DNA from: Narcine bancroftii
Taxonomy: Eukaryota
Length of the DNA: 64,000 bases
Direction of reading: 5' to 3'
Assembly (NCBI RefSeq): GCF_036971445.1
Contig: NC_091471.1
Location: 235,910,001-235,974,000 of the forward strand
Below the pieces are notes generated by a model that did not search any database, was not told the origin of the DNA, and saw only the letters and a program-made list of their open reading frames with translations. How positions within the stretch are numbered: position 1 is the stretch's first letter; each line of letters starts with the position of its first letter. Below, one piece after another: positions 37,903 to 50,157 of this stretch. The translations under genes and the position numbers were made by a program.

Positions 37903-39084
37903 TCCCTGGGTTAGAGAGAGAGAGAGGGAAAGAAAGAGATGAAAGAGGGAGAGGAGCAAAAGAGACAGGAAGAGGATGGAGAGAGAGAGGAAGGGAAGGA
38001 GAGGGAGAAGGAGAGAAGGGAGGGAAGGAGGGGGAGAGAGGGAGAGAATGGAGGAGAGGGAGAAGGAAGGGGTCAGAAAGAGGAGGGAAGGAAAGGGGAG
38101 AAAAACAGAGAGAGAGGAGGAGGGAGGGAGAGGGAGAAGAGAAGGAACCTCCTTCCCAGGTCGGGTCTGCCCCCATGGCTAATTTCCTTCCCTGGAGGGG
38201 CCTGGGTATGGTGGACCCAGGCCACCCCTGCTCTAAGGCCTCAGGAGGGGAATGCTGCGAGTAACTTGGACAGCTCTTGCTCATTTCCTTTGGCCTGGCA
38301 ATCCTGGCGATCATCTGCATGAACGCCGTCTTCCTGGTGAGGAACTGACCCCCCTCTCCCGCTCCCCCCCAACCCTTCTCCAGCCCACAACCAGGGACAC
38401 TGCCCAGTGACCCTGGGTTTAGGGGGGGGGGGAGGGAATCAGCCAGAGTCCCTGCTCCCCGTCACTACCCAGTGACCCCGGGGTTAGGGGGGGGAATCAG
38501 CCAGGGAGAGTGGTTTACACGCAGCCTATCTCTGCTCCAAGGACAACTGTCGAATGTAGCTGAACATCGGTGGGACAATACAAAATAAATTCTCAGCAAA
38601 AACTGACCCTGTTTGTGAGGAAGTTTGGCTCTGTGTCCCAGTGTGACGGGATGGGGAGAGGGGGCTTCACTCTGTGTCCCTACTCTCTCCCTCCCTCCTC
38701 CCCTCTCCTTCATCCCCATCCTCCCTACTCTCTCCCTCCCCACCCTCTCCTTCCATCCCCATCCTCCCGATTCTCTCCCTCCCCACCCTCTACTTCCATC
38801 CCCATCCTCCCGACTCTCCCTCCCACCCTCTCTTTCCATCCCCATCCTCCCTAGCCTCCCCCATCCCCCCTCCCATCCCCCCTCCCATCCCCATCCTCCC
38901 TCTCCCCTACCCTCTCCTTCCATCCCCAACCTCCCTACTCTCTCCCTTCCCCCTCCTCCCTCCCTCTCCTCTCATCCCCATCCTCACTACTCATTCCCTC
39001 CCCCTCCCCTACCCTCTCCTTCCATCCCCATCCTCCCTACTCTCTCTCTCCCACCTCTCCCTACCCTCTCCTTCCCCCTCTCTT

Positions 39085-39500
39085 CCGACCATGTCGGTCC
39101 CAGAACCCCGAGGTCTTTGTTCTACAACACTCCCCACCATTTACTGACTCGGTCCCTGTACCCCAAGGTCTCTCTGTTCTACAACACTCCCCACCGTTCA
39201 CCGTATCGGTCCCGTACCCCGACGTCTCTCTGTTCTAAACACATTCCCCACTGTTCTCCGTGTTGGTCCCCGTAACTCAAAGTCTCTCTGTTCTGCAACA
39301 CTCCCCACTGTTCACCATGTCAGTCCCTGTACCCCGAGGTCTCTCTGTTCTACAACATTCCCCACCATTCACCGTGTCAGTCCATGTACCCCGAGGTCTC
39401 TGTTCTACAACACACCCCTCAATTCACTATGTCGGTCCCTGTACCCTGAGATCTCTCTGTTCTACAACACTCCCCAATGTTCACCGTGTCAGTCCCCATC
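39085..39500. repeat. ~57-bp minisatellite of the same family as 20920-21345
   Basis: Shares both the unit and a run of variant units. Confidence 0.9.
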
Positions 39501-39504
39501 AATA

Positions 39505-41660
39505 TGTACTACCAATGAGAGAGGATGCAATACATGATTTCCTATTATGGAACCAGACAGGCAGCTAACAGAAGTAAGTGTTGGTGAACACTGACCATAA
39601 TGTCTTCAATTTCAAGTTAATTGGTCGTTTGAGTTGAGGTTCTAAATTGGAGAAAGGCCAATGTTGTGGAAATGAGGAAGGATCCAGGAGAAATGGATTG
39701 GGATGAGTTGTTTCCTGGAAGGATGTGGTCGGCAAGTGGAAGGCCTTCAAAGGCGAAATCTTGAGGGTGCTGAGTTTGCATGTTCCTGTCAGGATTAAAG
39801 GCTGAGTTACCAGGAACGGTTTTCAAAGGACGTTGGTGATCTAGTTAAAGAGGAAGAGGGAGGTGTAGAGCAGGCATCGGCAACAAGGAGCTGACGAAGT
39901 ACTTGAAGAGAACAGAAAAAGCAAGAAAATACTCAAGGAGGAAATGAGAAGGGAAAGGAAAGCCACAAGGCTACTCTGGCAGGTAATATGAAGGTAATTC
40001 CAAAGGAGTTTTATAAAAACATTCAGGGACAACATTGGACCCTGGAGAATCAGTGTGGTCATCTCTGTGCGCAGCCTCATGGGTGGGGGGGGGGGGGGCT
40101 GGGGGAGAGATCGTAAACAGTTTTTTCCATCAGTATTTACTCAGGAACTGGCATCGTGTTTAAGGAAGGAAGGGAAACAAGCAGGAGGTTCATGGAACAG
40201 ATGGAGATTAAGGAGGAGGAGGAGGTTTTGCTGCCTTACAGTGAATAAAATCCCCTGGGCCGGACATGAGATTACCTCGGACCTTCATGGAGCCTGGTGT
40301 GGAAATTGCAGGGGCTGCCGCAGATACATTGAAAATGTCTTTGGCTACGGGGGAGGTGCTGGAAGATTGGAGAGTGGCCCATGTTGTCTCTTTGTTTAAA
40401 AAAGGCTCCAAAATAAACCAGGAAATGACAGGCTGTAAGCCCGACACCGGTAGTGGGTAAACTACTGGAGGGGTGTTCTGAGAGACAGGATATACAAGTA
40501 TTTGGACAGCCAAGGACTGACTACATGAATTTTAGTAAGGTCTTTGACAAGGTCTCGCATGGGAGGTTAGTTCAGAAGGTTCAGGTACTGGGTATCCACG
40601 GAGAGGTTGTAAACTGGATTTGAAATTGGCTGTGTGGGAGAAGACGGAGAGCAGTAGTGGACGGTTCCTTCTCAGACTGGAGGCCTGTGACCAGTGGGGT
40701 GTCTCAGAGATCGGTGCTGGGAACATTGTTGTTTGTCGTCTGTATCAATGATCTGGATGATAAGGTGGTAAATTGGATCAGCAAGTTTGCAGATGACACT
40801 AAGATTGGATGCGTTGTTGTCGCCAAGGAAGGTTTTCAAAACTTGCAGAGGGATCTGGACCAGCTGGAAAATGGCCGATGGAGTTTAATGCAGACAAGTG
40901 TGAGGTGCTGCATTTTGGAAGGACAAACCAAGGTAGAACATACACGGTGAATGGTTGGGCACTGAGGAGTGCGGAGGGGCAGAGGGATCTGGAATACAGA
41001 GACATTGTTCCCTGAAAGTGGTGTCGCAGGTGGACAGGGTTGTGAAGAGAGCTCTTGGGATCTTAGCCTTTATAAATCTAAGTATTGGGTACAGGAGTTG
41101 GGATGATATCTGGAGGTTGTTAAGAAATTGGTGAGGCCAAATTTGGAGAAGTGTGCGCAGTTCTGGTCACCGAACTACAGGAAGGATATCAGTAAGATTG
41201 AAAAGAGTGCAGAGATTTACTAGGATATTGCTGGGTCTTCAGGAGTTGAGTTAAGGGGAAGATTAAACAGGGTGGGACTTTATTCCTTGGAGCGAAGAAG
41301 AATGAGGGGAGATTTGATAGAGGTTGATAAGATTATGGGGGGGTGGGGTACAGACAGAGTGGATGTGAGTAGGATGTTTCCATTTAGACTGGGGGAGATC
41401 AATATGAGAGGTCACAGTTTTTGGGTGAAAGGTTTAGGGGGAACTTCTTCCCTCAGAGAGCGGTGGGAGTGTGGAACGAGCTGCCATCTGACATGGTAAA
41501 TGTTGGATCACTCTTAAGTTTTAAGAATAAACTGGATAGATACATGGAAGGGAGAGGCCTGGAGGGTTATGGAATGGATGCAGATCAGCGTGACTAGTGG
41601 AATGATATTTCAGCACAGACGAGAGGAGCCAAATGGCTTGTTCTCTGTGCTGTCACATTC
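39505..41660 (+). mobile_element. CR1 LINE, long degenerate ORF2 fragment with 3' UTR
   Basis: EDWRVAHVVSLFKKG, SDWRPVTSGVSQRSVLG..INDLD..SKFADDTKIG, LYSLERRRMRGDLIEV. Confidence 0.92.
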
Positions 41661-41689
41661 TATTGTTCAATCATTAAAGGTCCAAACCA

Positions 41690-42270
41690 CCCAGCACTTT
41701 TGCACTTATCTTGTCAGAGAACATACAGGACATCACAACCCGAGACCCCTTTTTCCTGCTGGCGCAACAGAATTACCACTAAATGGTCGCGCAAAAAAAA
41801 GACATGTAAACAAAGAAAGAAATGAAAACAAACTGACTGCAATATGGAGGGAATTAATAAAGTGCATGAGTAAGAGTCCTTAACTGAGCCCCTGATTGAG
41901 TTGAGGAGTCTGATGGTGGAGGAGTGGCCCTATTCCTGAACCTGCTGGTGCGAGTCTTGTGGCCCCTTGACCTCTTCCCTGATGGCAGCAGCGAGAACAG
42001 AGCATGTCCTGGGTGATGGGGGTCCTTGATAGTCACTGCTGCTCTCCGACGGCAGCGTTCCCCGTAGATGTTCTCGCTGGTGAGGAGGGTTTTGCCTGTG
42101 AAGTCCTGGGCTGCGTCCACTACCTTTGGTAGGGTTTTACTCTCAGGGTGAGTTGATGGCCCACAACAGACAGTGATGCAGCCAGTCAACGCACTTTCCA
42201 CCTCACATTGTGAAAATTTACCTGGGGTTCTGGTGTCGAACCAAACCTCCGCAAACTTCTGGGGAAGTTG
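41690..42270 (-). mobile_element. Rex1/Babar-like 3' fragment
   Basis: VESALTGCITV..IKDPHHPGHALFSLLPSGKR..KTRTSRFRN. Confidence 0.8.
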
Positions 42271-42539
42271 AGGCGCTGATGTTGGGTGCAGGAAAGATCC
42301 TGCGAGATAGTGACTCACAAGAACTTATTGTCTCTTGGAAGCCTCAACCCATTCCCATCCTCCCATCACAGACATGGTGTGGTCCGACCTTTATGCAGCT
42401 CGCCCTGCACCATCCAGACTGGGCTGACAACCACGGGTCGGGGAGGAGCGGGGGGGGGGTGGGTGGGGTGGTGAAAGTTGCTCCAAATGTGGTGGGAAGA
42501 ATGAGGCAACTAATCAGTTCCCCCTAAAGTGGCCTGGGT

Positions 42540-43045
42540 AGCCATGTTAAATGGGGGTTAAACTTCAGTGGTGGCCGTCTTAGGCTGAGGGGCAATTCCG
42601 GACTGTATCTATGCGTCGCCCATTTCGGTCTAAGGGGCAACTCCACCCTGTATCAGCGCAGTGACCAGCTTTGGCTGATGGGAAATTCCAGACTGCGTCC
42701 ATGCTTCGGCCACCTTGGTCTGAGAGGCATCTCCACACAGTATCATCCATCTTCAGCTGAGGGGCAATTCCAGAATACATCCATGCGTCAGCCATCTTAC
42801 AACTCCGCACTGTGACTGCATGGTGGCCATCTTGGTCTGAGGGCAATTCCGTATTTCGTTTGGGCGGCAGCCATCTTAGACTGAAGGGCAATTCCAGACT
42901 CTGTCTCGGCGTTGGCCATCTTGGTCTGAGGGGCATCTCTGCACTGCATTCACACAGCAGCCACCTTCGGCTGAGGGACAATTCCGGACTGCGTCCATGA
43001 TTCGGCCATCTTGGTCTGAGGGGCAATTCCGCACTGCATCTGCGG
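42540..43045. repeat. ~46-bp tandem array with a YY1-type GCCATCTT core
   Basis: About 11 degenerate units of GGCCATCTTGGTCTGAGGGGCAATTCC. Confidence 0.88.
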
Positions 43046-43756
43046 AGCAGCGGTGGGCGGGTCGGACATCTTCGGTGTGCGGGACAAACACGCAGTCACC
43101 ATCTTTGTCCGGAGCATGGAAGCCACGTCAACAAATAAATTAAAATGTTCCACCGGCGCCTTTCGGAGGATTTTCTACATTTAATGTAGGACGTGAGAGC
43201 GCCTAAGGGAAGAGAAATAGACAAGAAGGAATTATTGGCCTCGGCTTTTGGGCGGGAAACATTTGAGACGCGTGACCTGGCCACCAACACATCTGATACC
43301 GTAGCTGCCAGTAGAGCAGCGACGCATGTTTTATACTGGCAGGAGACGGGCTTCACTTCGGGGATCCGCCTTTGCGTCGCCATCTTTGAAGCAACCGGAA
43401 GCTGTTTTGAACATCTTTGAACGAGACGCCAAACAATATCGACGTCTGCAGGAACACTATGGCAACGCCTTGAACGGGCCGGTGTTTTGGCTGACGTCAT
43501 GGCGTCTAAATCGCCATTTGTGAGACGAAATTGTGAAGACAAGGGTGTCGCCATCTTTAATGCAAGCCTATTCGGGGAAAGGTGGCCACTGTGGGATGCA
43601 GCCATCTTCATGCAGGATCCCCTTTCCCTTGTTGACCGAATGAAGCAGGGAGGGCTCCGTCATGTTTGAGCCAGGCACGACCGGCGGGCCATTGGGCAGC
43701 GGAAGAGGCGGAACTTCTGGCGGGCGCCGCCGAGATAGAAGGTGCCCACGGCCGCC
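43045..43756 (+). promoter_or_regulatory. CpG-island promoter of the THAP-like gene
   Basis: CpG-rich. Further CGCCATCTT/CGCCATTT motifs; TGACGTCA at ~43492; ATTGG at ~43691; ETS-like GCGGAAG at ~43699. Confidence 0.65.
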
Positions 43757-43968
43757 ATGCCGAGGAGAGCGCGGCTTCGACCCCGCGTCCGCTCCCGGGC
43801 CCGGGCCCCCTTGTCGCCACCTAGCTGCTGCGTCCCCGGCTGCCCAGCCGTACCTGGCCGCCGCCTCCACCGTTGCCCCACAGCCTTGGCCTCCGCCAGC
43901 GCTGGCTCCAGGCCATCGTCGGCCGCCGGCCCGAGCCCGAGCGCAGGAAGTGCAGCCTCCAGCTGCAG
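43757..43968 (+). CDS. THAP-like domain exon 1, with an apparent frameshift near 43871-43880
   Basis: Kozak GCCGCCATG. Reads MPRR..SCCVPGC....RRLHR, then in the next frame LPHSLGLRQRWLQAIVGRR....RKCSL. Donor CAG/GTCAGC. Confidence 0.6.
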
Positions 43969-44629
43969 GTCAGCCAGGGTCAAAGGGCAGGGGTGGCAGG
44001 GTCAAAGAGGAACGAGTGGGGTCAAGGGGCCTGAGAGCAGGGTCAAAGGGGAGGGTCATGGGAGGTCAGGGTCATAGAGGAAAAGGCATTGGGGTAGCAG
44101 GTCAAAGGGGATGGGATGGTAGGAATACATGGTCAGGGGACAGTGGAAGGTCAAAGGTGAGAGATTATTGAGACACAGTCCATGGAGACACGGGGTTAAA
44201 GAGGGTGGATGGCTCACAAAGCTTGAGAGTCGAAGGGCGACAGTGTGAAAGGGGAGGGGACAAAGGGCAGACCACAAAAGAGGGTCAAGGGGGGAGTGTT
44301 CATTAGGGAGAGGGTCAAAGTGGTTGGAGGCGAAGGTTAAGGATGGGTGAACAGTCAAAGGGCAGGGGGTGAGGTTTCAGAGAATGAGGTCAAGAGGCAG
44401 AATTGGGAAGAACATGGGCCAATGGACCGAGGATTGGGGTTCAGGGGAACAGGAGTAGGAGAGGCATAAAAGGGTGATTGGATAAAGGGGAACATGGTCG
44501 GGTAGCAGAAGATGGGAAATGGGAGAGATGATAGGGGAGCTGAATTGTTTTGGTGAATATGGAATTATTGCCTCGCTCCTTCCCCACTCTCTCTCTCTCT
44601 CTCTCCTCCTCCCCCTCCCCTCTCTCCTC

Positions 44630-45425
44630 CCCCCCCGCTCTCCTCCCCCCCGCTCTCCTTCCCCCCCGCTCTCCTTTCCCCCCGCTCTCCTTCCGCCTGC
44701 TCTCCTTCCCCCCGCTCTCCTCCCCCCCGCTCTCCTCCCCCCCGCTCTCCTCCCCCGCTCTCCTCCCCCCGCTCTCCTCCCCCCCGCTCTCCTCTCCCCC
44801 CGCTCTCCTCTCCCCCCGCTCTCCTCTCCCCCCGCTCTCCTCTCCCCCCGCTCTCCTCTCCCCCCGCTCTCCTCTCCCCCCGCTCTCCTCTCCCCCCGCT
44901 CTCCTCTCCCCCCGCTCTCCTCTCCCCCCGCTCTCCTCTCCCCCCGCTCTCCTCTCCCCCCGCTCTCCTCTCCCCCGCTCTCCTCTCCCCCGCTCTCCTC
45001 TCCCCCCGCTCTCCTCTCCCCCCGCTCTCCTCTCCCCCGCTCTCCTCTCCCCCGCTCTCCTCTCCCCCCGCTCTCCTCTCCCCCGCTCTCCTCTCCCCCC
45101 GCTCTCCTCTCCCCCCGCTCTCCTCTCCCCCCGCTCTCCTCTCCCCCCGCTCTCCTCTCCCCCCGCTCTCCTCTCCCCCCGCTCTCCTCTCCCCCCGCTC
45201 TCCTCTCCCCCGCTCTCCTCTCCCCCGCTCTCCTCTCCCCCCGCTCTCCTCTCCCCCCGCTCTCCTCTCCCCCCGCTCTCCTCTCCCCCCGCTCTCCTCT
45301 CCCCCCGCTCTCCTCTCCCCCCGCTCTCCTCTCCCCCCGCTCTCCTCTCCCCCCGCTCTCCTCTCCCCCCGCTCTCCTCTCCCCCCGCTCTCCTCTCCCC
45401 CCGCTCTCCTCCCCCCCCGCTCTCC
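44630..45425. repeat. 16-bp C-rich minisatellite (CGCTCTCCTCTCCCCC)n
   Basis: Directly visible homogeneous array. Confidence 0.97.
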
Positions 45426-45509
45426 TTCCCCCCTGCTCTCTCTCATTCCCCCTCTTTTTCCATCCCCTCCTTCTCCCCACTTCTCTCCCTTCCCCCCTCT
45501 CTCCCACAG

Positions 45510-45937
45510 AGACTCCGGCACCCACTGATCTGCTCAGCACACTTTCGGCCGGGGAGCCAGTCACGGCGCAGACGCTGCCGTCCATTTTTGCCGAGACCCC
45601 CTTGGAGCCGCCCGAGGAGATGGTGGAGGAGCCAACGGCGTCAGGGTCAGAGCCCGGAGGGGCCGAAGGGGAGGGGGCACGGGGTCGGATCGGGGATCTC
45701 GTCCTGGCGGCTGAGCTGATGGAGATGGTGAATGAGACAGTGCAGCACGTGCAGAAGGAGGCGCACTTCGAGGAGGCGTTTGGGCACGACCACGGGGCCT
45801 ACGTGCTGCCTGACGACCCGGCCATCCTGACAAAGATGGTGAAGGAGATGCAGGAAACGGTGCACGCGCAGAGCTGGCGACTGTCAGTGTTGCAGCACGA
45901 GCTGGCATCCACGCTAGCGCTGTACAAGGAGCTGAAG
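45510..45937 (+). CDS. THAP-like gene exon 2 (AVPTIF-like box, acidic linker, HBM-like motif, coiled coil)
   Basis: Acceptor CTCTCCCACAG. TLPSIF; DHGAY; ILTKMVKEMQETVHAQSWRLSVLQHELASTLALYKELK. Phase-0 donor AAG/GTCAGC. Confidence 0.75.
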
Positions 45938-46019
45938 GTCAGCATGAGGACCCGCCCACTTCCCACCCCTGCTCCTCCCACCTTCCGACCCCAACCCTCC
46001 TCCCCCCACAGCTCCGCCA

Positions 46020-46280
46020 GCCCCGACCCCCGATCCTCCCGACCCCCGATCCTCCCGACCCCGATCCTCCCGACCCCCGATCCTCCCGACCCCCGATCCT
46101 CCCGACCCCCGATCCTCCCGACCCCGATCCTCCCGACCCCCGATCCTCCCGACCCCCGATCCTCCCGACCCCCCACTCTCCCGACCCCCCACCCTCCCGA
46201 CCCCCCACCCTCCCGACCCCCCACCCTCCCGACCCCCCACCCTCCCGACCCCCCACCCTCCCGACCCCCCACCCTCCCGT
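46020..46280. repeat. 16-bp minisatellite (CCCGACCCCCGATCCT)n
   Basis: Directly visible. Confidence 0.95.
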
Positions 46281-46476
46281 ACCACTCAACTCCTGTCCTG
46301 TGCTACCATGCTCCTCCAGTCCCACGCATCTCCCATCCCGCACTCCTCCCGACATGCGCTCCTCTTCTCACGCTCCTCTCTTTTCGCGCTCTTCCCGTCC
46401 CCGACTCCTCCCGTCCACCGCACCTCCCATCCCCCGCTCCTCTACATCTCTCGACTCGGCTCCTCTACTCATACAG

Positions 46477-47985
46477 ACCCTCGCCCCTCTACAACTCCTG
46501 TCCCTCGCCCCTCTACAACCCCTGTCCCTCGCCCCTCTACAACCCTGTCCCTCGCCCTTCTACAACCCCTGTCCCTCGCCCCTCTACAACCCCTGTCCCT
46601 CGCCCCTCTACAGCTCCTGTCCCTCGCCCCTCTACAGCTCCTGTCCCTCGCCCCTCTACAGCTCCTGTCCCTCGCCCCCTCTACAACTCCTGTCCCTCGC
46701 CCCTCTACAACTCCTGTCCCTCGCCCCTCTACAACTCCTGTCCCTCGCCCCTCTACAACTCCTGTCCCTCGCCCCTCTACAACTCCTGTCCCTCGCCCCT
46801 CTACAAGCCCTAACCCTCGCCCCTCTACAACCCCTGTCCCTCGCCCCTCTACAACCCCTGTCCCTCGCCCCTCTACAACCCCTGTCCCTCGCCCCTCTAC
46901 AACCCCTGTCCCTCGCCCCTCTACAACCCCTGTCCCTCGCCCCTCTACAACCCCTGTCCCTCGCCCCTCTACAACCCCTGTCCCTCGCCCCTCTACAGCT
47001 CCTGTCCCTCGCCCCTCTACAACTCCTGTCCCTCGCCCCTCTACAACTCCTATCCCTCGCCCCTCTACAACTCCTGTCCCTCGCCCCTCTACAACTCCTG
47101 TCCCTCGCCCCTCTACAACTCCTGTCCCTCGCCCCTCTACAACTCCTGTCCCTCGCCCCTCTACAACTCCTGTCCCTCGCCCCTCTACAAGCCCTAACCC
47201 TCGCCCCTCTACAACCCCTGTCCCTCGCCCCTCTACAACCCCTGTCCCTCGCCCCTCTACAACTCGTCCCTCGCCCCTCTACAACCCCCGTCCCTCGCCC
47301 CTCTACAACCCCCGTCCCTCGCCCATCTACAACCCCCGTCCCTCGCCCCTCTACAACCCCCGTCCCTCGCCCCTCTACAACCCCCGTCCCTCGCCCCTCT
47401 ACAACCCCCGTCCCTCGCCCCTCTACAACCCCTGTCCCTCGCCCTCTACAACCCCTGTCCCTCGCCCCTCTACAACTCCTGTCCCTCGCCCTCTACAACC
47501 CCTGTCCCTCGCCCCTCTACAACCCCTGTCCCTCGCCCCTCTACAACCCCTGTCCTCGCCCCTCTACAACCCCTGTCCCTCGCCCCTCTACAACCCCTGT
47601 CCCTCGCCCCTCTACAACCCCTGTCCCTCGCCCCTCTACAACCCCTGTCCCTCGCCCCTCTACAACCCCTGTCCCTCGCCCCTCTACAACCCCTGTCCCT
47701 CGCCCCTCTACAACCCCTGTCCCTCGCCCCTCTACAACCCCTGTCCCTCGCCCCTCTACAACCCCTGTCCCTCGCCCCTCTACAACCCCTGTCCCTCGCC
47801 CCTCTACAACCCCTGTCCTCGCCCCTCTACAACCCCTGTCCCTCGCCCCTCTACAACCCCTGTCCCTCGCCCCTCTACAACCCCTGTCCCTCGCCCCTCT
47901 ACAACCCCTGTCCCTCGCCCCTCTACAACCCCTGTCCCTCGCCCCTCTACAACCCCTGTCCCTCGCCCCTCTACAACCCCTGTCC
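46477..47985. repeat. 24-bp minisatellite (CCCTCGCCCCTCTACAACCCCTGT)n
   Basis: About 60 near-identical units. Confidence 0.97.
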
Positions 47986-48284
47986 CCCGCCCCCCCCCAG
48001 CCCCCGTCCCCCACCCCCCCCCAGCCCCCGTCCCCCGCCCCCCCCCAGCCCCGTCCCCCGCCCCCCCCAAGCCCCCGTCCCCCGCCCCTCCCCAGCCCCC
48101 GTCCCCCACACCCTCTCTCCTCCCCATCCACTGCTTACTCTTCCTCTCACCCCTTTCTGTGCTCCCACCATCTCCCCTCAACCCCCATTGCACCCTCTAT
48201 TCCCATCTCTGGTGAGCAGAATGAGAAATAAACCCAGATTCCACCTCTCCATCTCTGCCCCTCTCTCACCTCCTCATCCCCTTT

Positions 48285-50000
48285 CTCTCCCGTCCCCATC
48301 TCTCTCTCTCCCGTCCCCATCTCTCTCCCATCCCCATCTCTCTCTCCCGTCCCCATCTCTCTCTCCGTCCCATCTCTCTCTCTCCCGTCCCCATCTCTCT
48401 CTCTCTCCCGTCCCCATCTCTCTCTCTCTCCCGTCCCCATCTCTCTCTCTCTCCCGTCCCCATCTCTCTCTCTCTCCCGTCCCCATCTCTCTCTCTCTCC
48501 CGTCCCCATCTCTCTCTCTCTCCCGTCCCCCCATCTCTCTCTCTCTCTCCCGTCCCCATCTCTCTCTCTCTCCGTCCCCATCTCTCTCTCTCTCCCGTCC
48601 CCATCTCTCTCTCTCTCCCGTCCCCATCTCTCTCTCTCTCCCGTCCCCATCTCTCTCTCTCTCCCGTCCCCATCTCTCTCTCTCTCCCGTCCCCATCTCT
48701 CTCTCTCTCCCGTCCCCATCTCTCTCTCTCCCGTCCCCATCTCTCTCTCTCCCGTCCCATCTCTCTCTCTCTCCGTCCCCATCTCTCTCTCCCGTCCCCA
48801 TCTCTCTCTCTCTCCCCGTCCCCATCTCTCTCTCTCTCCCGTCCCCATCTCTCTCTCTCCCGTCCCCATCTCTCTCTCTCTCCCGTCCCCATCTCTCTCT
48901 CTCTCCCGTCCCCATCTCTCTCTCTCCCGTCCCCATCTCTCTCTCTCCCGTCCCATCTCTCTCTCTCCCGTCCCCATCTCTCTCTCTCCCGTCCCATCTC
49001 TCTCTCTCCCGTCCCATCTCTCTCTCTCCCGTCCCCATCTCTCTCTCTCCCGTCCCCATCTCTCTCTCTCCCGTCCCCATCTCTCTCTCTCCCGTCCCCA
49101 TCTCTCTCTCTCCCGTCCCCATCTCTCTCTCTCCCGTCCCCATCTCTCTCTCTCCCGTCCCCATCTCTCTCTCTCCCGTCCCCATCTCTCTCTCTCCCGT
49201 CCCCATCTCTCTCTCTCCCGTCCCCATCTCTCTCTCTCCCGTCACAATCTCTCTCCCGTCCCCATCTCTCTCTTCCCGTCCCCATCTCTCTCTCTCTCCC
49301 GTCCCCATCTCTCTCTCTCTCCCGTCCCCATCTCTCTCTCTCTCCCGTCCCCATCTCTCTCTCTCTCCCGTCCCCATCTCTCTCTCTCTCCCGTCCCCAT
49401 CTCTCTCTCTCTCCCGTCCCCATCTCTCTCTCTCTCCCGTCCCCATCTCTCTCTCTCTCCCGTCCCCATCTCTCTCTCTCCCGTCCATCTCTCTCTCTCC
49501 CGTCCCCATCTCTCTCTCTCTCCCGTCCCCATCTCTCTCTCTCCCTCCCCATCTCTCTCTCTCTCCCGTCCCCATCTCTCTCTCTCTCCCGTCCCATCTC
49601 TCTCTCTCTCCCGTCCCCATCTCTCTCTCTCTCCCGTCCCCATCTCTCTCTCTCCCGTCCCATCTCTCTCTCTCCCGTCCCCATCTCTCTCTCTCCCGTC
49701 CCCATCTCTCTCTCTCTCCCGTCCCCATCTCTCTCTCTCTCCCGTCCCCATCTCTCTCTCTCTCCCGTCCCCATCTCTCTCTCTCCCGTCCCCATCTCTC
49801 TCTCTCTCCCGTCCCATCTCTCTCTCTCTCCCGTCCCCATCTCTCTCTCTCCCGTCCCATCTCTCTCTCTCCGTCCCCATCTCTCTCTCTCCCGTCCCAT
49901 CTCTCTCTCTCTCCCGTCCCCATCTCTCTCTCTCCCGTCCCCATCTCTCTCTCTCCAATCCCCATCTCTCTCTCTCCCATCCCCATCTCTCTCTCCCGTC
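48285..50000. repeat. ~21-23-bp minisatellite (CCCGTCCCCATCTCTCTCTCT)n
   Basis: Directly visible; CT tract length varies between units. Confidence 0.97.
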
Positions 50001-50157
50001 CCCCCTCTCTTTCCCCCCCTCCAATCCCCTGTCCCTCCCTCTCTCCCCCATCCCCCTTTCTCCCCTCCTGTCCCCACCATGCTATCCCCCTCCATTCCCC
50101 CCCCCCCTCATGGTCCCCCCCCGCTCTCTCTCTCCTCCCCCCACCCCCCATGTCCAG

